From an uncultured Candidatus Bathyarchaeia archaeon (lineage in GTDB: Archaea; Thermoproteota; Bathyarchaeia; Bathyarchaeales; WAQA01): 40,991 nucleotides of DNA. Position 1 is the first letter of the stretch. The number at the start of each line of letters is the position of its first letter. The stretch lies in NCBI GenBank assembly GCA_964490655.1, contig CAZBDB010000001.1, positions 1-40,991 on the forward strand. The letters are read 5' to 3'. Below are positions 24,394 to 34,800 of this stretch, in pieces. The notes below the pieces were generated by a model, which saw nothing but the letters and a program-made list of their open reading frames with translations, did not search any database and had not been told where the DNA came from. A program made the position numbers and the translations under genes.

Positions 24394-24418
24394 AGGGGAG
24401 GGGAGTTTAGCGCCTTTT

Positions 24419-26416
24419 CTAGAACGGGAAGAAGAATCTATAGATTCCGAGTGCGCCGCTAAGGAATAGTGCTAGGTTCCATCCTACTGCGAAGCCGACT
24501 GCGAGGGGTATGCCCTTCTTTTGGAATAGGGATACTCCTCCTATTCTGAGCGTTAACTTCTTCAGTACATAGGCGATAGTCCAGCTGGTCAGAATGAAGG
24601 TGCTTGTGCCTGCGACGCCCATCCAGACTCCTATAGGTTCTAATGGGAACCAGTACCATAGCGTTCTGCAAACGTATACGGCGGCTATGACTAATGCTCC
24701 TCCTACGGCACTTGCGACCCAAGCTGGATCGCTCGACGGATAGTTCTGCATAGATATTGGGTTTCCTAAGAAGCCCATCCACCAGCCTTCGTGAGTCAGT
24801 GGTCTCTGAAGTTGTGCGCCGAACATGTGTCGCACCTGCAATGCAACCGGGAAGGATACAACTATAGCGATTACCATCGCGACGGTTGTAGCAAGCATAA
24901 TGTCCCGGTAACTTGTTTTCGTAGCTTTAGCCAACCTGTATAGGAGGAGTTGCTGGCTATTGTTGTTCCAGTTCATTACGTTCTGAGGTCTGCTAATCAT
25001 CACGTAATCATTTACAACACCTGCTGGCATAGTTTCCTCTGTAAGGCCAGTGTATGCAAAGTTGATGTAGCCTGGACAGTGAGGCCAGTCACCAATGCCG
25101 GGACCACCATAACCGGCACTCCTAGAGTTGGCACCTCTTTGTACGAAGTTTACTACGATCACCATGACGGCGCCGAAGACTGTAGTTTGAGCTAAGCCGA
25201 TGTTGGAGGCCAGCAACAAGATCATAGTTACGAAGAATATTATGTAGCTCCACCTGAACGGGAGGGGCTCCTCTGCATCAACTCTTGCATCAGGACTCTT
25301 AGCCCACCCCAAGGTCTTAGCCATGTAACGCCAGTTCATAACTAGCCACATCATTATGACCGCTACAGGCATGCCGTAGGCTCCCATTGCATAGAAGTAA
25401 AACGGCGGCGACTGCCCGATTAGATCCCTCTTAGCATTGAACCATGTTATGGTGAACACTGTCTGATAATATCCCATGTAGTAGGCTATCTGAGGCAGTA
25501 TAATCATGAATATGACGTTTGATATCACACCAGATAGTAGCACATCTACAGGTACCAGATAGGCAAGGGCTATCGCTGAAGGATTGAACTGTAGCCCGTC
25601 TAACCCTACCAGCGTATCTTTGAGCGGAGTTCTAGTTGTATCTATTGTTGCAAGTGCCCAAGGTATGTATGGATCTCTGCTGAAGCCGTATATATCTGGG
25701 AACCATGCGAAAACGTTTCTCAGAGCTTGTGGCAGGAAGAAGAGGAAGCCGATGATCCCGGTTACTAGGAATAGCCTCCTTTCAGTTCTCCTCTTGCCCG
25801 CTGCACCCAGGTTCTGAACCATCTCCATTGATGGGTAGGCCCCTGGGAACGGCAGAGCCTCTACGTCAAGCCATTGACGTCGGAAGATGTTGACCATGCT
25901 CGTCATGAAGAGCCACCACAGGATTGCTAGGAGTATCCAACCTCCCATGGCTGTTGAATACTCGCCCCAAGGAACGGGGACTCCACCGGTTAGTTGTACC
26001 TGTTGAACTTCTAGAGATGGCCCCCACAGCGGAGAGAAGGCCCACATGAATGTTGGGGCCCACAGCTTTGAAGTTAGCATGTTGTCTATGGTGCTCATTG
26101 GCATCCATCCGTAGGAGAAGGCGACGGTGATTGTGAAGACAGCCCAGAGAACGGTCAAGCGTTGAGCGTTGATAGCCTTGAGGCTTGGCAGCACCTCAGC
26201 CAATAGCAGGAATATGGCGAACATTATCATGCCTATGTTGGCCGGTGTGAAAGTGTTTCCCCACTGCATCCACTGCGGAGTGAAGGCAGTTATGGTTATG
26301 CTGAAAGCCGACAGTAGAACTGCAGTTACGACTATCACAGCCCACATAGCAGGCGTCAGCACAGAAGGCGCTACTTCTACAGTGGTTTCCTCTGAGGGTA
26401 TTTCTGTTTCAGACAT
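24419..26416 (-). CDS. 665-aa polytopic membrane protein, distant OPT-superfamily-like putative transporter
   Basis: The ORF is hydrophobic throughout (more than 12 predicted TM by eye). The motif NIFRRQWLDVEALPFPGAYP resembles the OPT/YSL signature as I recall it (..L.FPSGTATA..). It has a glycine-rich terminal helix pair (GIPLAVGFAVGWNLALFLSGALGI). It has the same length as, and a topology similar by eye to, 29863..31860. Its own TATA-like boxes and an oligo-T terminator flank it. Confidence 0.55.
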   Translation of the reverse strand: MSETEIPSEETTVEVAPSVLTPAMWAVIVVTAVLLSAFSITITAFTPQWMQWGNTFTPANIGMIMFAIFLLLAEVLPSLKAINAQRLTVLWAVFTITVAFSYGWMPMSTIDNMLTSKLWAPTFMWAFSPLWGPSLEVQQVQLTGGVPVPWGEYSTAMGGWILLAILWWLFMTSMVNIFRRQWLDVEALPFPGAYPSMEMVQNLGAAGKRRTERRLFLVTGIIGFLFFLPQALRNVFAWFPDIYGFSRDPYIPWALATIDTTRTPLKDTLVGLDGLQFNPSAIALAYLVPVDVLLSGVISNVIFMIILPQIAYYMGYYQTVFTITWFNAKRDLIGQSPPFYFYAMGAYGMPVAVIMMWLVMNWRYMAKTLGWAKSPDARVDAEEPLPFRWSYIIFFVTMILLLASNIGLAQTTVFGAVMVIVVNFVQRGANSRSAGYGGPGIGDWPHCPGYINFAYTGLTEETMPAGVVNDYVMISRPQNVMNWNNNSQQLLLYRLAKATKTSYRDIMLATTVAMVIAIVVSFPVALQVRHMFGAQLQRPLTHEGWWMGFLGNPISMQNYPSSDPAWVASAVGGALVIAAVYVCRTLWYWFPLEPIGVWMGVAGTSTFILTSWTIAYVLKKLTLRIGGVSLFQKKGIPLAVGFAVGWNLALFLSGALGIYRFFFPF

Positions 26417-26431
26417 CTTTTCTCCACGATA

Positions 26432-26464
26432 GCTATTTAAGCTGCTAATCTTTATAAGATTTTC
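26432..26464 (-). promoter_or_regulatory. Two adjacent TATA-like boxes for the distal 665-aa membrane protein gene
   Basis: Sense GAAAATCTTATAAA (shared AAATCTTA core, about 39 nt upstream of the ATG at 26416) and GCTTAAATAGC (about 20 nt upstream). Together with the 394-nt gap, this suggests the gene can be transcribed independently of the upstream three-gene operon. Confidence 0.4.
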
Positions 26465-26810
26465 CTTAAATGCCCGAAATACATATCAATCACACGCGCT
26501 CTTGAGGCACGCGCTTGAAAGAAGCCGTAGTTAGCGCGCACACTCATAGAGCGTGGGCCAAGGTGATGCGAAGTTTCCTTCATACCTCTCAGAGAGCTCC
26601 TTCTTTGACCTCGACGCTGGGATTTCTCAAAGACAGAGAGATAGAAGGGGGTATCGAATTTGACAGTAGAAATCGTTCACAAATTGATGGTTCAAGAGAG
26701 ACCGTAACTCCCATCTAGCTCACGCCAAAGCGGAAGAGAGGAGCTCTTGGCCGAGACTCTACGTAGTGGAGCAGAATAGACGGCGAACTCCCAAGATGGC
26801 GAGAAGCTGC

Positions 26811-29800
26811 TTACAACGCTCCTCTTCTGAAGGATTGCATAATCTTATCTTTTCTTTTGACCCAGTCTAGTGACTTGTTGTAGATTATCTTCATGACTCT
26901 CTCTCTTATGAGCTCTGGCATTCCTTCCTGTTCGACAGTTGATGAAATATATACACGGTAGAAGTCATCCTTAGGTTTCTGCTCAATAATGAGTGTGTTC
27001 GATGTGGAGAACCATTGTTGTCTGTGATGGAAGATGTACCTGAATTGTATAGAGATGATGTTGGAGCCGTCAGGCATCTGCATCTCCTCTGGTTTCTTAA
27101 CGTCTTCCACCCTTTCGGTAAAACCTCCAGCTAATTCCTTCATCTGATCATAAAGGAAACTGCTTAGAATCAAGGCTTCATTAGTTTGGACCCTTATGGG
27201 CATAGATACTCTTCTCTCACCGAAACCTTTGTATATCTCTTCATATCTCAAGCGTTCCTCTTCTGGGGAACGCTTTATTCTTCTCAATACTGAAGGCGCT
27301 GCCAGTCTTGCAGCCTTCAAAGCTGGGGGGATTGCGGAGATTGTAGTTATGAGCATGCCTACAAGAACCCCTACAATGCTCATCCACCATTGCAGATTCT
27401 CTCTTACACCGACGCTTATGAACTCTGAGATAATCTTCATCAACCTGAAAACGGTCAATCCGGTAAGGTATCCCAACCCTCCACCCATAAGCCCCATGGT
27501 AGCAGACTCAGCTATGAACACAAGAGCTATATGCAACGGGTTGAACCCAACAGTCGTATAAACGAATATCTCTCTGCGTCTCCTCTCCACAGCGCCATAC
27601 ATTACCGCGGTTATAGACATCATCACTATAGCCAAAGGCAAAAGGATATCATAGTATCTTATCTCTATTCTCGTACCCAAGAAGTAGCGGAGCATTTGAC
27701 CGGCTGAGCTGACCCATACATCGAAACCTCTAGCCCAAGCCTGTATCTGAACGAACTTGGTTATTCCGTCTGTATCGCTTGGATCTTTGAATTCAACGAT
27801 CATTCTGGAGATTGATATAGGCATGTTATAAGGTTTAGAGGCTAACTTCAAAGCTTTATCAAAGCTCATGAGGATCACCTGAGAAGCGTTGCATGGCACT
27901 ATATCCTCACCTATCAAGGTTGTCGGCGCGTAGAAATCTCCGTTAAGATCGCTTTTCGTGTCAAATTCACCATCGTCAAAGAAGCCGGCTACTCTTATAG
28001 GTAATTCGAATGAAAGGCCTCCAGATGAAATGCCTAAAGAGATATTAGAGCCTACAGGTAACCCTAGTTTCTGGGCAGCATTCAGAGAAACCATAAGTGA
28101 TTCATCATCTTGGATGTAGCTTCCCTCAGCAACATTTACGTTAACATACTTTCTCTCTATGTCAGGCAACACCCCTATAATTCCTAACATCACCACAGTC
28201 CTTCCATCTTTCTTGAGCTCTATTGAGTATTGACCCGGCAAACTGGGTGGCAGAGTCTCCGCTTTGGGTGTTACGAGCTGGATATCTGGTTCCTGTTCAA
28301 TAGAGAACAGAGTTACGGGGTCAATAGGTATGAACGTGTTTGTCTTTTCACCTGGATTTTTCATTAGGGCCCATTCGCCGGCGGAGGGGCCTACAACCTC
28401 TGACTCTAGACCAAAAATGGATGTGACTGATGTCAAGGTTGTGACCGCAGAGATCAAAGCGCACAAGGAGATTATAACCAAAGACGACCTTAATCTTCTG
28501 AGCTTAACGTATCTCTTTCCGAGCATAAAGGTCACAGCCAAAACAGACCTAAAACCAATCTCCACCGGGTTTCCAGCCTCGAAAACTATCCTCGGTAGGA
28601 CAAAGATCACTAGTAAGCTTACAATTACGGAGCCCAGAATAGCCGCGAAGAACAAGTCCGAGTAGAGAGAGAGGATGAGAGCCACTCCAGGGTAGAGGAA
28701 GTAGAAAGACGCTATCACGATCGCGAATATAACCATGAAGGACAGGAAGCGGAATTTGATTTGCTCCTTTTCGAAGAAAAAGAATGCTAGGGCGATGGAA
28801 AATATCGCTAGGAAGAATGGTAACATTTGGGCGCCTTCTGCAGCCGTGTTTCTCATCTCTTTTAGCTCGTTGATTATGAACCCGGTAGCGAAAATGTAGG
28901 CCCTTCTTAAGGGCATCTGAACCCCTTCATCCGAAAAGTCTCCTCTCTCTATGGAGGAGCTTGCAAACTCGATTTGAGCGTCGACCTCATTCAGAGCTGT
29001 GTCCTTCAAAGCTGCGAGGAAGAAGCCTAGCCTCTCAGCCTCGCGTATGTTTGCCCACATGAACTCAGATGCCTTTTGAATCGCCGATAACGACCATCTA
29101 TAAGCGAATGGCGTGATATCTACAGACAAGAGAGAACCTTCTGGGAGGTTGAAAGACTCACTCCCGTTTTGGACTACAAACACTTGATCCGCAGCACCAG
29201 GTTGAGACGCAATCAGCCCAATCTCTACGTGTTTGTTCGCTGGTATTATGACTACGATCCAAGGGCGAGAGAAGAGAAAAGGACTCATCCACCTAGAGTT
29301 CACAAATATCGATGTGATGTTGTCACCATAGAAAGGAGTATAGTCTCCCACTCCGGGATCAACAGCGGAAGTCAAAATGTAACCTGAAGCTGGATCTAGA
29401 ACCTGGGCTTTAAGGGATAACGCGTATCTACCAGAGAAGACATTCCACGATTCCCCTGTCAGGTTTAGCATGGCTCCTGGCACGAGCCTAAGATCCGGGA
29501 TGGATGTGACTTCTCCAATGAGGGGAAGGAATTCCTTCTCAAAAGTTGATGGCGCTAGAACTCTGGACCCATTTGCTAGGTAGGCGTAGATTCTGTACGA
29601 GTGGGGATGCCCACCTCTCACTTCCGCTTCGTAGCGTCCAGTGGAGTCTGTCTTTAGTGGTGGAAAGGCCCTCTGGAAGTACCAGTCTATTACTACCACG
29701 GTTGCATTTGGGACGGGATTTCCGTCGAGATCAGTTACTCTGCCCTTTAGGATGGCTGTCTCTTCACCAACTTGAGCATCGGTTCGACAGGTTCCTATTA

Positions 29801-29846
29801 GAAGGCTTAGTAAGAAGCATAAGGCGACTACTGTAGAGAGCTTCAT
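26811..29846 (-). CDS. FtsX/MacB-type permease fusion: signal peptide, CarboxypepD_reg-like ectodomain, 4 extra TM, MacB-like TM1-loop-TM2-4 core, and a novel C-terminal cytoplasmic domain of about 165 aa
   Basis: 1011-aa ORF. The N-terminus is MKLSTVVALCFLLSLLIGT..ILKGRVTDLDGNPVPNATVVV..TDSTGRYEAEV. The cytoplasmic basic stretch GKRYVKLRRLRSSLVIISLCALISAV is followed by a loop of about 250 aa. The canonical FtsX block is AVERRRREIFVYTTVGFNPLHIALVFIAESATMGLMGGGLGYLTG...AIPPALKAARLAAPSVL. It starts 16 nt after the upstream gene, with a GGTGA SD-like element. Confidence 0.75.
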   Translation of the reverse strand: MKLSTVVALCFLLSLLIGTCRTDAQVGEETAILKGRVTDLDGNPVPNATVVVIDWYFQRAFPPLKTDSTGRYEAEVRGGHPHSYRIYAYLANGSRVLAPSTFEKEFLPLIGEVTSIPDLRLVPGAMLNLTGESWNVFSGRYALSLKAQVLDPASGYILTSAVDPGVGDYTPFYGDNITSIFVNSRWMSPFLFSRPWIVVIIPANKHVEIGLIASQPGAADQVFVVQNGSESFNLPEGSLLSVDITPFAYRWSLSAIQKASEFMWANIREAERLGFFLAALKDTALNEVDAQIEFASSSIERGDFSDEGVQMPLRRAYIFATGFIINELKEMRNTAAEGAQMLPFFLAIFSIALAFFFFEKEQIKFRFLSFMVIFAIVIASFYFLYPGVALILSLYSDLFFAAILGSVIVSLLVIFVLPRIVFEAGNPVEIGFRSVLAVTFMLGKRYVKLRRLRSSLVIISLCALISAVTTLTSVTSIFGLESEVVGPSAGEWALMKNPGEKTNTFIPIDPVTLFSIEQEPDIQLVTPKAETLPPSLPGQYSIELKKDGRTVVMLGIIGVLPDIERKYVNVNVAEGSYIQDDESLMVSLNAAQKLGLPVGSNISLGISSGGLSFELPIRVAGFFDDGEFDTKSDLNGDFYAPTTLIGEDIVPCNASQVILMSFDKALKLASKPYNMPISISRMIVEFKDPSDTDGITKFVQIQAWARGFDVWVSSAGQMLRYFLGTRIEIRYYDILLPLAIVMMSITAVMYGAVERRRREIFVYTTVGFNPLHIALVFIAESATMGLMGGGLGYLTGLTVFRLMKIISEFISVGVRENLQWWMSIVGVLVGMLITTISAIPPALKAARLAAPSVLRRIKRSPEEERLRYEEIYKGFGERRVSMPIRVQTNEALILSSFLYDQMKELAGGFTERVEDVKKPEEMQMPDGSNIISIQFRYIFHHRQQWFSTSNTLIIEQKPKDDFYRVYISSTVEQEGMPELIRERVMKIIYNKSLDWVKRKDKIMQSFRRGAL

Positions 29847-29862
29847 CAGGTGCTCACCGGAT

Positions 29863-31860
29863 TTAGTAAGGTAGCAACCACATGGACTTCTTGACGAGGA
29901 ATAGGGCTGATCCGAGGGTGCCCATGAAACCGTCCCCTAATAGGACTCCGACGACTATCAGGGTCCGGTATCTGTCCCAGACCTCCTTGGTAAGTATTTG
30001 AGCCACTACCCTGTTACCGATAAGAGAACCGATCAGCACTGCCAGAGACCAACTGAATGTAGGTCCACCAGCAATCGCACTCATTGGATGCCACCATAGA
30101 CTTCCGACAAGGAAGGAGATTAGGAACCAGGGTGCATGGAAGACAAGGTCGCTTACCGCATAGACTATGGAACCCACGATGACTGAGCCGATGATCCAGT
30201 TGTCCCTAAAGAGGTATCCGCTCCATACCCATTTTTGGGTTCGAGCGAAGTTGGCAGCATCCACAGCCCAACCGGTTATGGTAAACGGGTACGCTCCCGA
30301 TGGAAACGGATGAATTGACCAGAAGAGATTCACAAACAAGAAACTGCTTGAGAGCCCAAGAACTGCAACAAGTATGAATGCTTTCAAATAGTCACTATGC
30401 CTAGCTTCAACAATATCAGCCTGCTTCAGGGCCTGGGCAATCCCTGAACCTCCCCCAAACGTCTGTATGGGGGCAAACCAAACGGCTGGATTTCCTATGC
30501 CAGAATAGTATATGAGAAGCTCCTTCTGATATATTGTTGATAGGCTTCCGAAAGTTACACCCGAGGAAGCTGTGCCTATGAAAGATGCGAAGAAGGACCA
30601 CACGATCGTGTAGAATGCAAGCAGCCACACAAAATAAAGAAGATCCGGCACAAGAATCAGATTCAAAACAACAGAAGCTGAAGAACAAGCAATGAAAATA
30701 CCCAACAGAACCAGCGGATTTACCAGCCCGCCGCCGGTTTCACTAACTTCTCCCAGTCTCTTTAGAGTGCTGACCAATCGGCTGAGGGTTCTGGGATGAA
30801 GAAGGAACGGTGTTACAGCTACAGCTATCGATAAACCTATCTGAACACTGTTGAAGAAATACAAAACCGATCTGTCCACAAGCAAGTCTATCCCCCAAGT
30901 CTTTATCGTTTCAGGTTCTGTTTCAGGCGGCCATAGACCTAAGTTTGTGATGACACTGGTACCCACAAAGTAGTAAGTCAGAGAGCCGATGAATTGAGCA
31001 GCAGATATGCCTATGGGCAGAAGGAATCCCGTTATATAAGGAATTGGATTGAGAGTGAAAGCAAATGCAGCACCGGGAAGAACGCCAGACAGTGTGGTTG
31101 TGACGTCTATAACGGATGGAACCGTTAGTTGCATGGCGCCCCCTATAATGTTATTTATCAGATTAGGTATGAAACTCAACCCAGTGTTTATGAGGGCTCC
31201 CATCAAGGCTGAAAGCATCAAAACCCTGATCGTTGATGGCTCCCTCTCAGCGAGAGTCAATACGGTTCTAGCCTCTGCTGTAGCAGCTGGGAACTCCAAA
31301 TTCTCCACTCTTACGTACAAAGCGTAACAGAAGTAGCCCATAGATATGTTAGCTGCTACAGAGAACACCGTCTGGAGAACAATCAAGAGTTGGGGCATCG
31401 CAAACGCAGGATCTAAGAGAACCCAACTAGTCAGATAGAATCGATATACCATGTCAGGTGGTGGAGCCCACCAATCCGGTGTTACTTGAGCTACGCCTAA
31501 GGCCCACGCATAATCAGTGGTTCGAATGTACATGTTTCTTATGGGAAGAAGAAATTGCACTGGCAACGCTCCCCACCATCCGATCAAACCTCCTAACGAA
31601 GCAGATATACCGCCAAAAGCTGTTATGATAAATATCTCTTGCTTAGATAGCGGAGCCCCTAAGACCCTTGCGAACTCAGCCCATAGCAGGATGACGATCC
31701 AGGCTTGAAAAGGAAGCCATTGGCCGCTTATCAGGAAAAGGTACATTATAGCAGGCTGGATGACAAAGGAACTGAAGACCATGGCCAGAACTGTTCTCCA
31801 GGTTAGGCCTTTTCCAGGAATGACAGCTTTTTCATCCGTCTTGGTTGAAACCTCTTCCAC
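29863..31860 (-). CDS. 665-aa polytopic membrane protein, distant OPT-superfamily-like putative transporter (second copy)
   Basis: GTG start preceded by AGGTGA, 13 nt after the stop of the 1559-aa gene. The motifs VRVENLEFPAATAEARTVL and C-terminal VVGVLLGDGFMGTLGSALFLV resemble the OPT signatures (..FPSGTATA.. and ..GLIAGE.LMGV..) as I recall them. It is only distantly related to 24419..26416 but has identical length. Confidence 0.55.
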   Translation of the reverse strand: MEEVSTKTDEKAVIPGKGLTWRTVLAMVFSSFVIQPAIMYLFLISGQWLPFQAWIVILLWAEFARVLGAPLSKQEIFIITAFGGISASLGGLIGWWGALPVQFLLPIRNMYIRTTDYAWALGVAQVTPDWWAPPPDMVYRFYLTSWVLLDPAFAMPQLLIVLQTVFSVAANISMGYFCYALYVRVENLEFPAATAEARTVLTLAEREPSTIRVLMLSALMGALINTGLSFIPNLINNIIGGAMQLTVPSVIDVTTTLSGVLPGAAFAFTLNPIPYITGFLLPIGISAAQFIGSLTYYFVGTSVITNLGLWPPETEPETIKTWGIDLLVDRSVLYFFNSVQIGLSIAVAVTPFLLHPRTLSRLVSTLKRLGEVSETGGGLVNPLVLLGIFIACSSASVVLNLILVPDLLYFVWLLAFYTIVWSFFASFIGTASSGVTFGSLSTIYQKELLIYYSGIGNPAVWFAPIQTFGGGSGIAQALKQADIVEARHSDYLKAFILVAVLGLSSSFLFVNLFWSIHPFPSGAYPFTITGWAVDAANFARTQKWVWSGYLFRDNWIIGSVIVGSIVYAVSDLVFHAPWFLISFLVGSLWWHPMSAIAGGPTFSWSLAVLIGSLIGNRVVAQILTKEVWDRYRTLIVVGVLLGDGFMGTLGSALFLVKKSMWLLPY

Positions 31861-31873
31861 TGGTCTTCACCTA

Positions 31874-34800
31874 TCACGTTCGTCCTGATTGCTGTCTGGA
31901 CGTGCTTGCTAGACTTTCAGCAGCTCTCTTCTGATAGAAGTCCTTCTGGCTGGGGGGAAGAACCCTCCATATTAGAAACTGCTTGCGGAGAGCGTTTATG
32001 AATACCTTATTTGAGGTCTTCCAGTTCTTCAAGACGCCGCTTGTTCTCAAGAAGTGGAGGGTTAGGTTATATCTGCCCTCTTGCGCAACGGCTTCCAAGT
32101 CCACGTTCTCCATGAGAGCTAAGTCGTATGGGGCCAGCCTTACCACGGCTGACAAACGCTTGATTGTTCTCAGACCTTCAATGTATTCGTCATAGCTCAG
32201 TCTCTCTGTTGAGAACAGACCAGTCTTCTCATACCCGCTATATGTGTCGAAGTACTCCCTCAAGAAGCCGAATATTCCAAGAAGTTCCTCCTCTGTAGTG
32301 ACTATGAAGGGCATCGGCACCGTCCAATGATCTCCTACAGGTTCTGGTATCTTCCATTTGCGTTCAAGGCTGGGTGTGACCAAGCGCCAAGCCTTTAGGG
32401 CCGGGTAAACTGTGGCCAGCACGGGTATAGCTATGGCTAATCCTACGATAACCAAGATAAAGGAAGATGCAAAGTTGGGGAAAAAGTCTGGCGGATACGC
32501 TCCCAGTCTAATAAGGATTGAAGTCGCTGAAACCCCAAGAACATAGCCTAAAACGCTACTTAATACGCCGTATACGAGAGATTCTGCTAGGAACATCCCA
32601 GCGATCTGTGTGGGCGTAGATCCCACCACTACGTAGACAGATATCGATCTGATCCTTTCGTAGATGGCCCCGACGGTTATATTCAATATTGAAACGGCAG
32701 CTATTATCAGAGGAACCATGAGGTTCTCAGCGCCCAAGAACGAGAACCATGATCTGGCGGTGACCTCCACTACATCCCCTATTGGCCAGCCTTCGATGCT
32801 CTTTCCTTTGATGAGTCCGTAGATGATAAGGGTGTTCAGTCTATATGCCAACTTTAGTGCCAACGGCTCTATATCAGAATCGTTCAAAGGTTTAATAGCG
32901 ATACTCACGGGTTGGGCCCCCACGGAGAAGATCTTCCACAGTAGCTCAAAAGGTACTATGACAACATAGGATCCTTGAAGGTGAGGTGGAACGGCTTGTG
33001 CGCCTCCGGGCGCCATCACTGGATCTCTCGGAGTTATGGGCTCGCCGTCAAGATCTATTAGTCCACTCTCGGGGCTGAAACCAAATCCGCTGTAAAGGGA
33101 GGCCCCGTCAAACAAACCAACAACTGTTAGGTTGAGGCCATAAAAGGCTATCTGAGCGCCCGGTCCAATTGGACGACCCAGCTCTCTCGTTAAGTTGGTT
33201 GCTAATTCTCTGCTTACGATGATTGAGAAAGTCTCATCTGGATAGAACCATCTGCCTCTGACTTTTATACGATCCCAGATTCCTGAGATCTCCTGCTCTT
33301 CTGGGCCTAAAGCAAGCACCGAGTAGATCCTTGCAGTCAAGTTTTGGACATTCCAGTAAATAAAGCCCCTTGTACTAGGACCAGCCGGTGGGAAGAACCA
33401 CACTCTTGGAGCAACGTAGGCAGATTCACCTAACTCTGCCTTGAGCTGAAGCCACAGTTCGGTAGGAATATTGGCCCAAGGCTTCTGCCTTATTAGAAGT
33501 CCGCTGTATGGAACGGGCGTGTCGGTGGTGGACAAGGTTCTCGGGACAGCTATCGTTGCCAAGGATGTAAAAGTCATAAGGGAGAATGTTATGATCGTAA
33601 TTGAAGCCAAGGTCAGTGCTGATCGGAAAGGCCTCTTTTTCATCCACTGAATACCCGTCCCAAATGCTGCTGAGATAACAGCTCCAGCAGTAGAGGCTAA
33701 TGAGTGGATCCCGAGAATCTTTGAGCTCATCGCTTTGGCGCTTGAGGAAGCTTCGGATATTAGGAAACCTATTATCGGGATTATAACGACTATCATGCCG
33801 AAACCTGTTAGAACCATCAATAGGTTGTGGGCCAGATGAAAACCAGGGTGGAAGAGGTACAGGAACAGCACAAGAAGAATCGATATCAACATAACAGCCA
33901 ATACGCGTTTCAAGCCGAAGTAACTGAATGTCAACCTTTCAAAGACATAAGCAAAAGGTAGGACCAACAGGAAGAAGAAAGATGTCGTGAATATCGCGTT
34001 TTGAATGAGTCCTATGGTCTCAACGTACGCTCTTTGTTCGTACCCCCAAGCCGCGAACGAATCTCCATATGCAGAGGAGTATTGAAGATCGTCTAATGCG
34101 TTTGAGGAACTTTCCATGTATCCCTCTGCCAAGCCGTGATAGAGCACTATCATAGGGTTAGATACGCTGAACCGCTCGGCTGTGGAGACTCGCGCATCGT
34201 TCAAAAGGAACAGTTGGTTGGCATACTCAAATGATGGATGCTTGATAACTACTGTTTCACCTTTTCTAGCTACTATGTAGCCAGATGGTCTTTCGTATTC
34301 ATGAGTCGAGTTTAACAGAGCACCCCACACATAACTGGTAGCTCCTGCTCCACCCACGACTTGAAGCTGACCTGGACTCGGCGCACCGGCCCCGGCGAAA
34401 TATATCACAATCTCGGCAGGTATTCCCGGTTCTATGAAGAACATACGGTCTCCAAAGATGGGAGATCCTGTCCATTGACCCCAGCGAATCATGGGACCGT
34501 GTGAGAGGAAGTTGTATACAACTGGGTTTAGGGAGGAACTTAAGTCCCTTGGGTTCAGCATGTTCATTAATACTATGCTGCCACACTCAAAGATGGGGAC
34601 AAGCTTGGTCATGTAGGAGCTTGTGATCAATGCCGTAATCGTCGGGACACCTTGCAATCGCATGGCTCCAAAGGACCCTAGATCCGTCGCCCAATATATG
34701 TTACCTTCGGTGGAATCGACAGCAAAGGCGTTAACAACCGAAGGAGCATCTTGGCCCGTATACGGCTTTATCCCTTTAATTGTCACAGTTCCATGCTCAT

